Source: an uncultured Pelagibacteraceae bacterium
GTDB lineage: Bacteria; Pseudomonadota; Alphaproteobacteria; Pelagibacterales; Pelagibacteraceae
NCBI GenBank assembly: GCA_902598825.1
Contig: CACKDD010000001.1
Location: 4,537 to 68,536 of the forward strand
Length of the DNA stretch: 64,000 nt
Direction: 5' to 3'
Shown here: positions 19,498-30,293 of the stretch, in pieces
Position numbering within the stretch: position 1 is the first letter of the stretch
How the letters are laid out: each line of letters begins with the position of its first letter
The notes under the pieces: generated by a model
What the model was told of the DNA's origin: nothing
The model's database searches: none
Seen by the model: only the letters and a program-made list of their open reading frames with translations
Translations under genes and position numbers: made by a program

Positions 19498-20420
19498 TGA
19501 ATACAGCGATTATAAATTCCGATACTTATGAAAAACATAATACAGGTGATGGTCATCCTGAACAGCCTAAAAGAGTAATTGCCATAAAAGAAAAATTAAA
19601 GAAAAGAAACGACTTAATTTGGGAAACCCCAGTTAGTGTGCCTGATGATATTTTAGCAATGACGCATTCAAAAGAATATATTGAGAATTTAAATAATTCT
19701 TTTCCACAAAAAGGCCTTAAGTTTTTAGATGGGGATACAGTTGTGTCACCCGAAAGTAAAAAAGCAGTTTTTGATGCTGCAGGTTCAACAATTAAAGCAA
19801 TAGATGGAATAGAAAATAATCAATTTAAAAACGCATTTTGTCTAGCAAGACCTCCTGGACATCATGCTGAAAAAAATAAAGCTATGGGATTTTGTTGTAT
19901 ATCAAATGCTGGTGTGGCAACAAATTATTTAATTAGTAAATACAAATATAAACGAATTGCTTGTGTAGATTTTGATGTTCATTGGGGTAATGGAAACTAT
20001 GACGTCATGCGTGATAATAAAAATTCATTATATATTTCTACTCACCAATACCCTTTTTACCCGGGAGGGGGAACAGAGAAAGATAAGGGAGACTTTAACA
20101 ACTCTCTAAATATTCCTTTGCCCGCTGGTACTAACTCTGAACAATATTTTAATGCTTTTGATAGAGTTTTAGAAAGATTAATTCAATATAAACCCGATTT
20201 TCTTTTATTCTCAGCAGGTTTTGATGCACATAAAGATGATCCTTTAGCTCAATTCCAATTAAGTTCAAAAGACTTTTATGAGATAACCAAAAGAACTTTG
20301 AATGCCACTAAAAAGTTTACTGAAGGAAAAGTTGTTTCAATACTTGAGGGTGGATATGATTTGAACGCTTTAGCTAATAGTGCTAATGAACATGTTAACG
20401 CACTTATTGAATTCAATTGA
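19497..20420 (+). CDS. Histone deacetylase-family Zn-dependent amidohydrolase
   Basis: HPE, RPPGHHA, GFC, DFDVHWGNG, SAGFDAHKDDP, LEGGY. Confidence 0.92.
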   Translation: MNTAIINSDTYEKHNTGDGHPEQPKRVIAIKEKLKKRNDLIWETPVSVPDDILAMTHSKEYIENLNNSFPQKGLKFLDGDTVVSPESKKAVFDAAGSTIKAIDGIENNQFKNAFCLARPPGHHAEKNKAMGFCCISNAGVATNYLISKYKYKRIACVDFDVHWGNGNYDVMRDNKNSLYISTHQYPFYPGGGTEKDKGDFNNSLNIPLPAGTNSEQYFNAFDRVLERLIQYKPDFLLFSAGFDAHKDDPLAQFQLSSKDFYEITKRTLNATKKFTEGKVVSILEGGYDLNALANSANEHVNALIEFN

Positions 20421-20450
20421 ATAATTTCTAGCTCATTATAAATATCTCCC

Positions 20451-20939
20451 ATGAAATTGTACAAAATTAAAAAATCAAAAATTGATAATAAAGGTCGGGG
20501 ACTTTATGCAACCAAAGATATTAAAAAAGGAACAAAAATTATCAATTATTCAGGTAAGATAATTACTAACAAGCAAGTTGATGAGTCCGATAAATATGAT
20601 AACAATAAGCCAATATATCTATTTACCTTAAACAAAAGGTATACACTCGATGGAGATTTTTCATGGAATACAGCAGGATTAATTAACCATAGTTGTGATC
20701 CTAACTCTCAATATGATGGCAAAGGGTTAAAAATTTGGATAACAGCTATAAAAGATATTAAAAAAGGAGAGGAATTTACTTGTGATTATGGTTTTGGCTT
20801 TGATAAAGACTACAAACAATTTCCATGTAAATGTCGAGCTAAAAATTGCTGTGGTTATATTGTTCGAGAAGAGTCTAGATGGCGAATCCATAAAAAATTC
20901 GCTATGAGTAAAAAAAAATTAATAAATAACTCTCGTTAA
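20451..20939 (+). CDS. SET-domain protein-lysine methyltransferase with post-SET motif
   Basis: GRGLYA, INHSCDPN, EEFTCDY, CKC....C post-SET. Confidence 0.92.
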   Translation: MKLYKIKKSKIDNKGRGLYATKDIKKGTKIINYSGKIITNKQVDESDKYDNNKPIYLFTLNKRYTLDGDFSWNTAGLINHSCDPNSQYDGKGLKIWITAIKDIKKGEEFTCDYGFGFDKDYKQFPCKCRAKNCCGYIVREESRWRIHKKFAMSKKKLINNSR

Positions 20940-21659
20940 ATAAAGCCCTTCTGGTGGCGCGGGTGGAGCACATAAACTTCTTTTCTTTGAGTTCATAACA
21001 TTCTCAAATTTCTTTAACGACCACTTTTTTTCACCCAAATACTTTAAACAACCCACCATTGAACGTACTTGTTTTTGTAAAAATGATTTAGATCTAAACT
21101 CTATTTCAATTTTATTTTTTGAGGACTTTATCTTTACCAGCTTCATAGTTTTTATTGGACTTTTTGCCCTACAACTAGATGCTCTGAAAGTTGAAAAATC
21201 TTTAGTCCCTATAAATTTTTTAGTGCCTTTTTTCATCATGTCTAAATCAAGTTTTTTCATAATGTGCCAGCACCTGTTTTTTTCTAAAGAAGGTTGGCCT
21301 AATCGATTAATTATAATATAATTATATATTCTCATTTTAGCTGAAAACCTTGCATGAAAGTTTTTGTCTCTCTTTTTTAAATTGAGAATTGTAATATTTT
21401 CATTTCTTAAGAAATGATTTATTGATTGTAAAAACCTGTCTTTTTTTTTTATTTCAATTTTATAATCAAAATGTGCAGACTGTTCTTTTGCATGAACCCC
21501 ACTATCAAGTCTACCTGCCCCATAAATAATTATTTTTTCTTTTAAAAGTTTTGAAATTTTTTCCTGTATCAAGCCCTGAACCGTCTTCCCTTTTTTTTGA
21601 ACTTGCCATCCTCTAAAGTTACTCCCAGCATATTCCACTAATATCTGATATCTAGGCAT
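20919..21659 (-). CDS. truA: tRNA pseudouridine(38-40) synthase; start revised to 21659
   Basis: MPRYQILVEYAG..F.GWQ, GAGRLDSGVHA, FHARFSA, SFLQKQVR, APPEGLYL. Confidence 0.94.
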   Translation of the reverse strand: MPRYQILVEYAGSNFRGWQVQKKGKTVQGLIQEKISKLLKEKIIIYGAGRLDSGVHAKEQSAHFDYKIEIKKKDRFLQSINHFLRNENITILNLKKRDKNFHARFSAKMRIYNYIIINRLGQPSLEKNRCWHIMKKLDLDMMKKGTKKFIGTKDFSTFRASSCRAKSPIKTMKLVKIKSSKNKIEIEFRSKSFLQKQVRSMVGCLKYLGEKKWSLKKFENVMNSKKRSLCAPPAPPEGLYLTRVIY

Positions 21660-22584
21660 TAGATAATAATGAACCTTTTCTAATACTTGATCCAAGCATA
21701 AATTCCCCAATTTTTTGAGGTTTTTTCCCTTGTCTTTGTATCTCAAGGATTTTTATTGATTGATTATTCGTGCATGCAATTTCTAATTTATCAGATAACA
21801 CTTCGCCAACTTGACCTATGCCATTTCCTATTTCAGCTTTTAAAATTTTGTACCTTTCACCTTTAAAATTAAAAAATGCACCAGGAACAGGAAATAAACC
21901 ATTAATTTTTCCAATTATTTTTTGTGCTTCATTATTCCAATTAATTTCACCCTCGATTTTTTCAATTTTTTTAGCATAAGAAGCTTTGGAATGATCTTGA
22001 TCTATAAACTTTGCTTTATCATCTAATATATCATCAATTTCATCTAAAATTTTTTTAGCAGCTAAAAAAGATAGTTTTTCTGAAATTTCTTCAGCATTAT
22101 TATTTTGATCTAATTTAATTTTGTGAATATTACTTACAGGTCCACTATCTAATGTTTCAACTAATTTCATAATACTTATACCCGTTTCTTTATCTAAATT
22201 CATAATTGATCTTTGAATTGGAGCAGCCCCTCTCCAACTTGGCAGAATAGATCCATGAATATTTATGAAACCTTTTTTTGTTAAATTTAAAAAATTTTTA
22301 GGAATTAGCTTTCCATAAGCTACAACAATAGCAAGATCAGCATTTAAATTTTTAATAAACTTATATTCTTCATCATTATCTTTTAAATTTTCTGGACATC
22401 TAAAATCTATATTCAATGTTTCAGAAATGCCCTGAATCGGAGATTTGTTTATTTTTTGACCTCGATGAGATTTTTGAGGTGGTTGAGTATAAACTACAGA
22501 AATTGGATAACCATTTTGATATAATGACTTCAAGATTGGTACAGCAAATAAAGGTGTACCCATAAAAATAATTTTTTTAGCCAT
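21652..22584 (-). CDS. fmt: Methionyl-tRNA formyltransferase
   Basis: IIFMGTP, INIHGSILPSWRGAAPIQR. Confidence 0.96.
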   Translation of the reverse strand: MAKKIIFMGTPLFAVPILKSLYQNGYPISVVYTQPPQKSHRGQKINKSPIQGISETLNIDFRCPENLKDNDEEYKFIKNLNADLAIVVAYGKLIPKNFLNLTKKGFINIHGSILPSWRGAAPIQRSIMNLDKETGISIMKLVETLDSGPVSNIHKIKLDQNNNAEEISEKLSFLAAKKILDEIDDILDDKAKFIDQDHSKASYAKKIEKIEGEINWNNEAQKIIGKINGLFPVPGAFFNFKGERYKILKAEIGNGIGQVGEVLSDKLEIACTNNQSIKILEIQRQGKKPQKIGEFMLGSSIRKGSLLSNA

Positions 22585-23109
22585 TTAAACTACTATTCTA
22601 TCTGGATTTTTTTTTGTCTTTGAGATTTTTTTAATAATTAAATCTCTTTTTAACTTAGACAAGTGATCAATAATCAATTTACCATCCAAATGATTTATTT
22701 CATGCTGAAGACAAGTTGATAAAAGTCCATCACATTTCATATTTTGAATTTTGCCATCTAAATCTATATATTCTACCTCACAAATTTTAGGTCTTTCAAT
22801 TTCAATAAAAGTATCAGGTATTGATAAACACCCTTCTTCATAAATTGAAGATTCATCACTAATTTTTTTTATTTTAGGATTTATAAAACTTAAAGGTTTA
22901 TTTTTTTCATCTTTATTTGATATATCAATGACTAAAACTCTCTTAAGTATACCCACTTGTACTGCTGCTAACCCAATACCTTTAGAATGATACATTGTTT
23001 CAAATAAATCATTAATTAATTTTTTTTCATTTACTCCAACTTTTTCAATGGGATCAGAGATTTTTTTTAAAGTTTCATCTGGTATAGTAATAATTTTTTT
23101 AATACTCAT
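22585..23109 (-). CDS. def: Peptide deformylase
   Basis: GIGLAAVQ, EGCLS, QHEINH. Confidence 0.96.
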   Translation of the reverse strand: MSIKKIITIPDETLKKISDPIEKVGVNEKKLINDLFETMYHSKGIGLAAVQVGILKRVLVIDISNKDEKNKPLSFINPKIKKISDESSIYEEGCLSIPDTFIEIERPKICEVEYIDLDGKIQNMKCDGLLSTCLQHEINHLDGKLIIDHLSKLKRDLIIKKISKTKKNPDRIVV

Positions 23110-23132
23110 TTATTAATTAAATAAACTAAATT

Positions 23133-24908
23133 TTAAACTTTTAAAGGGAGAACTTGAAGTAATATTTGATTTCTTATTCTATCAATATTTAATTGATTGA
23201 GTGTAGTAACTATAAAATAAATAGTATCTTCGTCAATTCTTTCAATTTTATCTTGACCAATAACTTCAGCAATTCTCAAAAGAGCTAAACCAGTTTCTTC
23301 ATTGTTGATCATTATTTGAATATCAGTTGGGATCTCATTTTCATCTATTTTGTATAAATCGTCATATTTTTCTGAGATTTCTATTCCATCATATTTTAAT
23401 GACTCTATCAAAATGATATCTTTCTTAGACAAAAAATATTTTTTGTTTTTTTGTATCTTCTTTAAGAAGTTATTAGTATCTTTTTCAATTTTTGATTTTG
23501 CATAATCCCCATTAAAATAATTAACAAGTTTTGATTGATGAATAATATCATTATTGATTTTTATTTTTTTATCTAAATTTTTTTCAATTTTAATATTTGT
23601 ATAATAAAAACTTGTAAGATTATCAGGTATCTCAGTTGGTTTTATGTCCTTGAGAAATGTTTTTAACTCTGTATCAAAAGCTTTTGCTAGACCATCATTT
23701 TCAAAAGACTCTTTTAATATCTTAAGAAATTTCAATTTTTCAACTATTTCAGATTCTAATAAAATTTTTTGATATATTAGTGCTCTTGCTTCTATATTGG
23801 GTAAAGTTTTATAAGCGTCTTTGGCGTTCAAAAGTTGATTTATATTAAATTGAAATCTTTTATATAATTCTAATAAATCTTTTTCGGGATAATTCTGATT
23901 ATGGACTGCTTTTTCGACAGTTGCAATTTTATCTAATTCAGAAGTGTCCATTTCTTTAAAAGAATTTAATAAATTTGCAGAGGAAAGATATTTCCAAATT
24001 ATTTTCTTTGTTTTATCATTTGGCTCAAAATTAAAATTTGGATTAGTTTGATGAGCTAAGTAAAAATTAAAAATTGATTTTTCAGAAATTTCATCATCTA
24101 TTTTGTCTGTATACTCTAGTAGATAATTAATTTTTTTTTCAAAATATTTATCTTTAAATCCAAGTTCTTTTTTAAGATCTAAAATAAGCTGTGCTTCCTC
24201 TCTTTTATTGTCCTTAATTAAACAATAAATATTGAATTTTGAAAGATATTCATCAAATATTGGCTCAGTATTTTTTGAAAAAATTTCGCAGGCTTTTTTA
24301 ATATTCGTATCCGACAAATATTGATCAACTAAGAACTTAGTTAATTTTGGATGTAAATTAATAATTTGATTTTTAATCAAATATTCTTCAATAAGTTCTA
24401 AATTTGAGTTTTTAATTAGCCAATCTGATTTAAATTTTTGAAATTCTTTTTCTGTAATATTTTTTTGTGGATAATAAGAGTTAGTCAAAAGAGATATGTT
24501 AATAATTTCTACAGCATCATTTGATAAAGTCATTTTATTTAATTTATTAAATAGAATCTTCAATTGATCTCCGTTAGTATTAGACCACATATTTATATCA
24601 AGACCATAATCATCAGGATCATACAATCCAACAATTTTAATTTCCTGTGAGTCCAATCTATCCTCGAGGTTAATTACATTTACCTCTTTCTCAGATTGCA
24701 TTTTGTAAACATCAGATTTGAATTCTGTTTCAATTACTATTTCTTCTTTTAGTGACTTATCGTCATCACTCAAAGAATTAGTTTCCAATTTATCTTTGTC
24801 AATATTCCAGATATCAACAGGTTGATCCTCTGCAAATGAATTAATTCCAAATAGTAAAATTAATATAATTGATAAACAGTTTTTATTTAACAATTTTGAA
24901 ATTTTCAT
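23133..24908 (-). CDS. Exported, probably all-helical hypothetical protein, 591 aa
   Basis: Long ORF with an N-terminal signal-peptide-like segment (ILILLFGINSFA-ED); no family recognised. Confidence 0.75.
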   Translation of the reverse strand: MKISKLLNKNCLSIILILLFGINSFAEDQPVDIWNIDKDKLETNSLSDDDKSLKEEIVIETEFKSDVYKMQSEKEVNVINLEDRLDSQEIKIVGLYDPDDYGLDINMWSNTNGDQLKILFNKLNKMTLSNDAVEIINISLLTNSYYPQKNITEKEFQKFKSDWLIKNSNLELIEEYLIKNQIINLHPKLTKFLVDQYLSDTNIKKACEIFSKNTEPIFDEYLSKFNIYCLIKDNKREEAQLILDLKKELGFKDKYFEKKINYLLEYTDKIDDEISEKSIFNFYLAHQTNPNFNFEPNDKTKKIIWKYLSSANLLNSFKEMDTSELDKIATVEKAVHNQNYPEKDLLELYKRFQFNINQLLNAKDAYKTLPNIEARALIYQKILLESEIVEKLKFLKILKESFENDGLAKAFDTELKTFLKDIKPTEIPDNLTSFYYTNIKIEKNLDKKIKINNDIIHQSKLVNYFNGDYAKSKIEKDTNNFLKKIQKNKKYFLSKKDIILIESLKYDGIEISEKYDDLYKIDENEIPTDIQIMINNEETGLALLRIAEVIGQDKIERIDEDTIYFIVTTLNQLNIDRIRNQILLQVLPLKV

Positions 24909-25062
24909 TAGTAATTATTTTCTCTATTTTTTTTTTTGGTGCTGGGAAATCTATTTTATTTAATAAAAAAATAACTAAAAGAATAGTAATTGAAACTAAA
25001 GCTATTTTAGTAATTATTCCAATAATGCTCTTGCTTGAACTTGTTTTTTTTATAAATTGCAT
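24883..25062 (-). CDS. Small single-TM protein, 59 aa (MQFIKKTSSSKSIIGIITKIALVSITILLVIFLLNKIDFPAPKKKIEKIITNENFKIVK)
   Basis: Hand-translated; fills the gap before aroK and overlaps the start of the 591-aa gene. Confidence 0.65.
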   Translation of the reverse strand: MQFIKKTSSSKSIIGIITKIALVSITILLVIFLLNKIDFPAPKKKIEKIITNENFKIVK

Positions 25063-25119
25063 ATAACTTTAGTTAATTTCAAATTAAGACATATTTGTGA
25101 TTTTTCAATAAAGAAAATT

Positions 25120-25644
25120 ATGAAATCAAGTAAAAATATTGTGTTTTTAGGTATGATGGGATCTGGAAAATCATCTATTGGTTTTTTAATTTCTAAAAAA
25201 CTTAAATTAGATTTTTTTGATGTTGATAAATGTATAGAGGATAAGTTAGGAATGAAAATTTCAAATATTTTTAAGATTAAGGGTGAAAAATTTTTTAGAG
25301 AACTTGAAGAAAAATTAACACTAGATATACTGAAAAAAAAACAAATTATCGTTGCTTTGGGTGGGGGCGCTTTTATTAATAATAATATAAGAAATGAAGT
25401 TATTAATAACCACATATCTTTTTGGCTTAAATTAAACAGTGATTTGCTTATAAAAAGAATTAAAAATAGTACTAAAAGGCCTTTGGTATTAAATGCTTCT
25501 AATATTGAATTAAGAAATATGATTAAAAATAGATCCAAATATTATGCTGAAGCCTTATTTAAAATAAATTGTAATAATAAAACAAAAACTGAAATAATGA
25601 ATAAAATTATAGATAAATATGAAAATATCCAAACTAATAATTAA
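25120..25644 (+). CDS. aroK: Shikimate kinase; start revised to 25120
   Basis: GMMGSGKS, GEKFFR, ALGGG, KRPL. Confidence 0.94.
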   Translation: MKSSKNIVFLGMMGSGKSSIGFLISKKLKLDFFDVDKCIEDKLGMKISNIFKIKGEKFFRELEEKLTLDILKKKQIIVALGGGAFINNNIRNEVINNHISFWLKLNSDLLIKRIKNSTKRPLVLNASNIELRNMIKNRSKYYAEALFKINCNNKTKTEIMNKIIDKYENIQTNN

Positions 25645-26725
25645 ATCAAGTTCTGGAAAATATCCTATATTAATAGGTTCTAATATAATCTCTAATATAT
25701 CCAAGTTAATGTTTAATAATTCAATAAATTTTGAAAAATGCTTATTGGTGGTAGATAAAAATGTTCCAAAAAAATTTATTTCTAAAATTAGAAAATCATT
25801 AAGAAATAAAAAATTATTTATTTTTTATATAACGGCTAATGAGAAAAATAAGAATCAAAAAACAACTAATTCAATTCTTCAAATTTTACTTGATAAAAAT
25901 TTTTCTAGGGAAGATTGTTTAATAGCAGTTGGAGGTGGAATTACTGGTGATGTAAGTGGTTTTGCTGCAAGTTTATTTAAAAGGGGTTTAAAATTTATAA
26001 ACATACCTACTACTTTACTATCTCAAGTAGACTCATCTATAGGAGGCAAAACTGGAATAAACACAAATCAAGGAAAAAATCTTATTGGAAGTTTCTACCA
26101 GCCTAGGCTAGTGATTAGTGATACAAACTTTTTGAAGTCCCTCAACAAAAGAGAAGTTATTTGTGGATATGGTGAAATTTTGAAACACGCAATTATATCA
26201 AATAAAGTTTTTTATAATTTTTTAAATAAAAATTTTTTCAATATTATAAAACTCAAATCACCATTTATAGATAAGGCTATATATGAAAGTTGTAAAATAA
26301 AAAAAATAGTTGTTGAGAAAGATGAGAAAGAAAATGGTATGAGGAAAATATTAAACTTTGGTCATACTTTTGCTCACGCATATGAAGCATCATTAGGTTT
26401 TTCTAAAAAATTAAATCACGGTGAAGCTGTAATTTTAGGTATCAATACAGCTTTATCTTTTAGTTATAAAAATAAATTTTTAAATTTTAAAGAATATAAC
26501 TTAATAAGAAAACATATTTATAGTTCAAAATTACCATTTAATTTAAAAAAATATTTTTCATTAAAAGATCTCAATAAAATTTTGAATTTTATGATGACAG
26601 ATAAAAAAAATAATTCTAATAAAATAAATTTAGTTCTATTAAAAAAAATCGGGAGTCCGATAATTAGCAAAAGATATAAAAAGACTTTCTTAAGCCTATT
26701 TTTAAAAAAAGAATTAATCAATTAA
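25619..26725 (+). CDS. aroB: 3-dehydroquinate synthase
   Basis: GGGITGD, PTTLLSQVDSSIGGKTG, LNFGHTFAH. Confidence 0.96.
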   Translation: MKISKLIIKSSSGKYPILIGSNIISNISKLMFNNSINFEKCLLVVDKNVPKKFISKIRKSLRNKKLFIFYITANEKNKNQKTTNSILQILLDKNFSREDCLIAVGGGITGDVSGFAASLFKRGLKFINIPTTLLSQVDSSIGGKTGINTNQGKNLIGSFYQPRLVISDTNFLKSLNKREVICGYGEILKHAIISNKVFYNFLNKNFFNIIKLKSPFIDKAIYESCKIKKIVVEKDEKENGMRKILNFGHTFAHAYEASLGFSKKLNHGEAVILGINTALSFSYKNKFLNFKEYNLIRKHIYSSKLPFNLKKYFSLKDLNKILNFMMTDKKNNSNKINLVLLKKIGSPIISKRYKKTFLSLFLKKELIN

Positions 26726-26974
26726 TATTTGCAAGGAATGAATAAATCTTTTTAATTCTTCATCCAAAATATTATAAATTTTTTTATTACTTTCAATTTT
26801 ATTCATTTTTTTTAATTCTCTGGACTTTATAGAAATTTTTAAATGAAATTTATTTTGTTGATTACCAGGATGATTTTTATGAAGGAAGGATTTGTCTTCA
26901 ATCAGGATATTATCTATTTCAATTTGATTTAATAACTTTTTTTTTATAATTGCAATTAATTGATTTATATCCAT
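26714..26974 (-). CDS. bolA: BolA-family protein
   Basis: DKSFLHKNH, FHLKISIKS, IHSLQI; divergent from DnaJ-cobST. Confidence 0.8.
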   Translation of the reverse strand: MDINQLIAIIKKKLLNQIEIDNILIEDKSFLHKNHPGNQQNKFHLKISIKSRELKKMNKIESNKKIYNILDEELKRFIHSLQILID

Positions 26975-26995
26975 AAGTATTATTTATTATATATC

Positions 26996-27523
26996 ATGAA
27001 AAATATTTGTGACTGGAATAATTGTAAAGAATTTGGAGAATATAAGGCTCCAATAGAAAAGGATAATAGTAAAAAATATAGAATGTTATGCTTAAAACAT
27101 GTGAAAGAATTCAATAAGAATTGGAATTATTTTTCAGGTATGGATGATCAGCAAGTAATTGATTTTTTAAAATCTGACATGATTTGGCATAAACCCACAC
27201 AAAGCTTTAGTTCCTCTGATAACTTTTTTAAAGTTTTATGGAATGACACTTTAAAAGATGAGTTAGATAAAGAAAAATTTAAAAGTGAATTTAATCATAT
27301 GCGTCAATTTAAATTTGATCATAAAGATATTAAAGCCTTTAGTATCTTGGGGGTTTCAGTGGGTATAAAATGGCAAAAAGTTCAAGAAAAATTCAAAATA
27401 CTTGTCAAAAAATTTCACCCTGATATGAATTCTGGAAATATAAAATATGAAGAAAAACTTAAATTAATTACACTAGCTTATACTCAATTAAAAAATACTT
27501 ATAGGAAAAAAATTGACACCTAA
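26996..27523 (+). CDS. J-domain protein with an N-terminal Cys/His cluster; start revised to 26996
   Basis: CDWNNC...CLKH, then C-terminal J-domain with HPD. Confidence 0.85.
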   Translation: MKNICDWNNCKEFGEYKAPIEKDNSKKYRMLCLKHVKEFNKNWNYFSGMDDQQVIDFLKSDMIWHKPTQSFSSSDNFFKVLWNDTLKDELDKEKFKSEFNHMRQFKFDHKDIKAFSILGVSVGIKWQKVQEKFKILVKKFHPDMNSGNIKYEEKLKLITLAYTQLKNTYRKKIDT

Positions 27524-28487
27524 CTTAAACATACAGCCTGATATAAAAGTTTCCATAAAACAATCTTTTGGAATTGACTCTGAAATGGAAGTAAACGCTT
27601 TTTCTGAAAAAACTGAATATGTACCTGAAATAGATAAGAGTTATAAGTTTGATAGAGATACCACTCTTGCAATAATTTCGGGCTTTGCATTCAATAAAAG
27701 AGTTTTAGTTCAAGGTTACCATGGAACAGGTAAATCAACACATATTGAGCAGATAGCAGCAAGATTGAATTGGCCGTGTATAAGAGTAAACCTTGATAGT
27801 CATGTAAGTCGTATCGATTTAATTGGAAAAGATGCGATCATTCTGAAAGATGGAAAACAAGTTACTCAGTTTAATGAGGGAATTTTACCATGGTCTATTC
27901 AGAATCCAGTCGCATTAGTTTTTGATGAGTATGATGCGGGTAGACCTGATGTAATGTTTGTTATACAAAGAATACTTGAAGCAGAAGGAAACTTCACTCT
28001 TTTAGATAAAAACAAAGTTCTTAAGCAAAATAAATTTTTTAGATTATTTGCTACCTCAAATACCGTAGGTCTAGGAGATACGACTGGCCTTTACCATGGG
28101 ACACAACAAATAAACCAAGGACAAATGGACAGGTGGAATATTGTAACAACGTTGAACTATCTTAATCTTGAAAAAGAAATGGATATTGTGTTGGCAAAAA
28201 ATAAGGGTTTAAATAATACTAAAGGTAAGGAGAAAGTCTCAAATATGATCAAGGTTGCCTCTTTAACGAGAAAAGGATTTATAGCAGGTGATATATCTAC
28301 AGTGATGAGTCCTAGAACCGTTTTACATTGGGCAGAAAATGCTGAGATTTTTAAGGATATAGGATATGCTTTCAGAGTGACCTTTTTGAATAAATGTGAC
28401 GAAATAGAAAAAAACACTATTGCAGAATATTATCAAAGATGTTTTGGAGAAGAACTTCCTGAGTCTCTAGCAAATATTCAAATTTAG
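27513..28487 (+). CDS. cobS: CobS-type AAA+ ATPase
   Basis: GYHGTGKS Walker A, VFDEYD Walker B, MSPRT. Confidence 0.92.
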   Translation: MTPNLNIQPDIKVSIKQSFGIDSEMEVNAFSEKTEYVPEIDKSYKFDRDTTLAIISGFAFNKRVLVQGYHGTGKSTHIEQIAARLNWPCIRVNLDSHVSRIDLIGKDAIILKDGKQVTQFNEGILPWSIQNPVALVFDEYDAGRPDVMFVIQRILEAEGNFTLLDKNKVLKQNKFFRLFATSNTVGLGDTTGLYHGTQQINQGQMDRWNIVTTLNYLNLEKEMDIVLAKNKGLNNTKGKEKVSNMIKVASLTRKGFIAGDISTVMSPRTVLHWAENAEIFKDIGYAFRVTFLNKCDEIEKNTIAEYYQRCFGEELPESLANIQI

Positions 28488-30293
28488 ATGAAAAGTGACA
28501 ACAAGAATGAAATTTTAAAAGAAAAATTAAAACAAGCTTTAACATCTACAGCAAGAGCAATTTCAGATGATTTCAAAAACAGAGACAAGTCAGATAAGAA
28601 TGAAAAGTCAAAATTTTTTGACAATTTTGATTTAGAAAATTTAAGTTCAAAAAGTGATTTTATAAAAGCAAGAGCTGAGGCTGATTCTTTGGCCTTAAAA
28701 AAAAAATTTTCTGATGATAAAATTTTTAAAAAAAATTCACCATCTAATTTATCATGTAAATCACTTTATTCTATCGCTGAAAAAATAAGATATGAGTCTT
28801 TAGGTTGTAAAATGCTTAAGGGAATACAAAAAAATCTTACAGAAAATTATAATCAAGTAATTGAATTAAAAAGAGAAGATCAATTAAAAAATAAAGAAGA
28901 TGTTGTCATAAACGAGGCCTTTGAGTTATATATGCTGAAAAAATTTCATGGAATAGAATTAAATACACAATCAAAAGCGATGTTGAGTTTTTGGGAAAAA
29001 GATTTCAATCAAGCAATTGAAGAACATATAGATTTTTTAAAAGAAAACTTGGAATTCCAAAATGAATATTCCTCAAAATTTTCAGAAATATTACAAGAAA
29101 TGGAAATATTTCAAAATGAAAATAACGAAGAAAAAAATGATGAAAACCAGGAAGATGGTCAAAACAATCCCTCTAATGACGATCAAGAGAGCGATACTGA
29201 GGATAAAAAAGATCAAAATAAAGAGGATGAAACAGACGCCAATCTTGATTCTGATTATGAGGTCGATGAATACAGACTTGACGAACAATTAGTTGATACA
29301 AATTTTGACCAACAAAAAGAGCAGATTTTTCAAAAAAAAAATATCTCAGAATTAAACTTAGATTATAAAATTTTCACAAGTAAATTTGATGAAATTACCA
29401 AAGCTGAAAATCTAGAAAATGCTGAAGAGGCTTCAAAGTTAAGAAAAACATTGGATCAACAATTAATCAGTTTTCAAGATATAATAACAAAACTTGCAAA
29501 TAAACTTCAAAGACAATTACTAGCAAAACAAAATCGAACTTGGGAATTTGATTTGGAAGAAGGATTATTAGATAGTTCTAAATTGCCAAGAATTATTTTA
29601 GATCCATACAATTCTTTATCATTTAAGAAAGAAAAAGATTTAGATTTTAAAGATACTGTAGTTACATTATTAATTGATAATTCTGGTTCAATGAGAGGAA
29701 GACCAATAACTATAGCAGCAATTTGTGCAGATATTTTATCGAGGACGTTAGAAAGGTGTTCAGTAAAAGTTGAGATATTAGGTTTTACAACCAAAAATTG
29801 GAAAGGTGGTAAAAGTAGAGAATTATGGAATAAAGAAGGGAAAATAAAAACACCTGGAAGACTCAATGACTTAAGACATATCATTTATAAAGGAGCTGAC
29901 ACACAATGGAGACAATCAAAAAATAATCTTGGCTTAATGCTTAAAGAAGGATTATTAAAAGAAAACATAGATGGAGAGGCTATTTCCTGGGCTTTTAGTA
30001 GGTTAAAAAAAAGAAAAGAAGAACGCAAAATACTAATGGTAATTTCAGATGGAGCTCCCGTAGATGACTCAACCCTATCTGTTAATTCAGGAGATTTTTT
30101 AGAAAAGCATCTAAAAAAAATTGTTAGATTTATTGAAGATAAAACCGAAACAGAAATTTTAGCAATTGGTATAGGCCATGATGTATCAAGGTATTATAGT
30201 AGAGCTATAAAAATTACAGATGTAAACGAATTGGGTGACGTAATGATTTCACAACTAAGTGAATTATTTAAGAATAAAAAAAATTTACATTAA
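28488..30293 (+). CDS. cobT: CobT-type VWA protein
   Basis: Acidic linker, [32 protein letters not shown]. Confidence 0.92.
   Translation: MKSDNKNEILKEKLKQALTSTARAISDDFKNRDKSDKNEKSKFFDNFDLENLSSKSDFIKARAEADSLALKKKFSDDKIFKKNSPSNLSCKSLYSIAEKIRYESLGCKMLKGIQKNLTENYNQVIELKREDQLKNKEDVVINEAFELYMLKKFHGIELNTQSKAMLSFWEKDFNQAIEEHIDFLKENLEFQNEYSSKFSEILQEMEIFQNENNEEKNDENQEDGQNNPSNDDQESDTEDKKDQNKEDETDANLDSDYEVDEYRLDEQLVDTNFDQQKEQIFQKKNISELNLDYKIFTSKFDEITKAENLENAEEASKLRKTLDQQLISFQDIITKLANKLQRQLLAKQNRTWEFDLEEGLLDSSKLPRIILDPYNSLSFKKEKDLDFKDTVVTLLIDNSGSMRGRPITIAAICADILSRTLERCSVKVEILGFTTKNWKGGKSRELWNKEGKIKTPGRLNDLRHIIYKGADTQWRQSKNNLGLMLKEGLLKENIDGEAISWAFSRLKKRKEERKILMVISDGAPVDDSTLSVNSGDFLEKHLKKIVRFIEDKTETEILAIGIGHDVSRYYSRAIKITDVNELGDVMISQLSELFKNKKNLH

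Noticed and set aside
24869-25538. Track ORFs 24869..25066(+) and 25050..25538(-)
   Set aside because: Shadows of the 59-aa minus-strand gene and of aroK
29100-29300. Asp/Glu/Asn-rich low-complexity stretch and overlapping ORFs
   Set aside because: Normal acidic linker of CobT, not a repeat element
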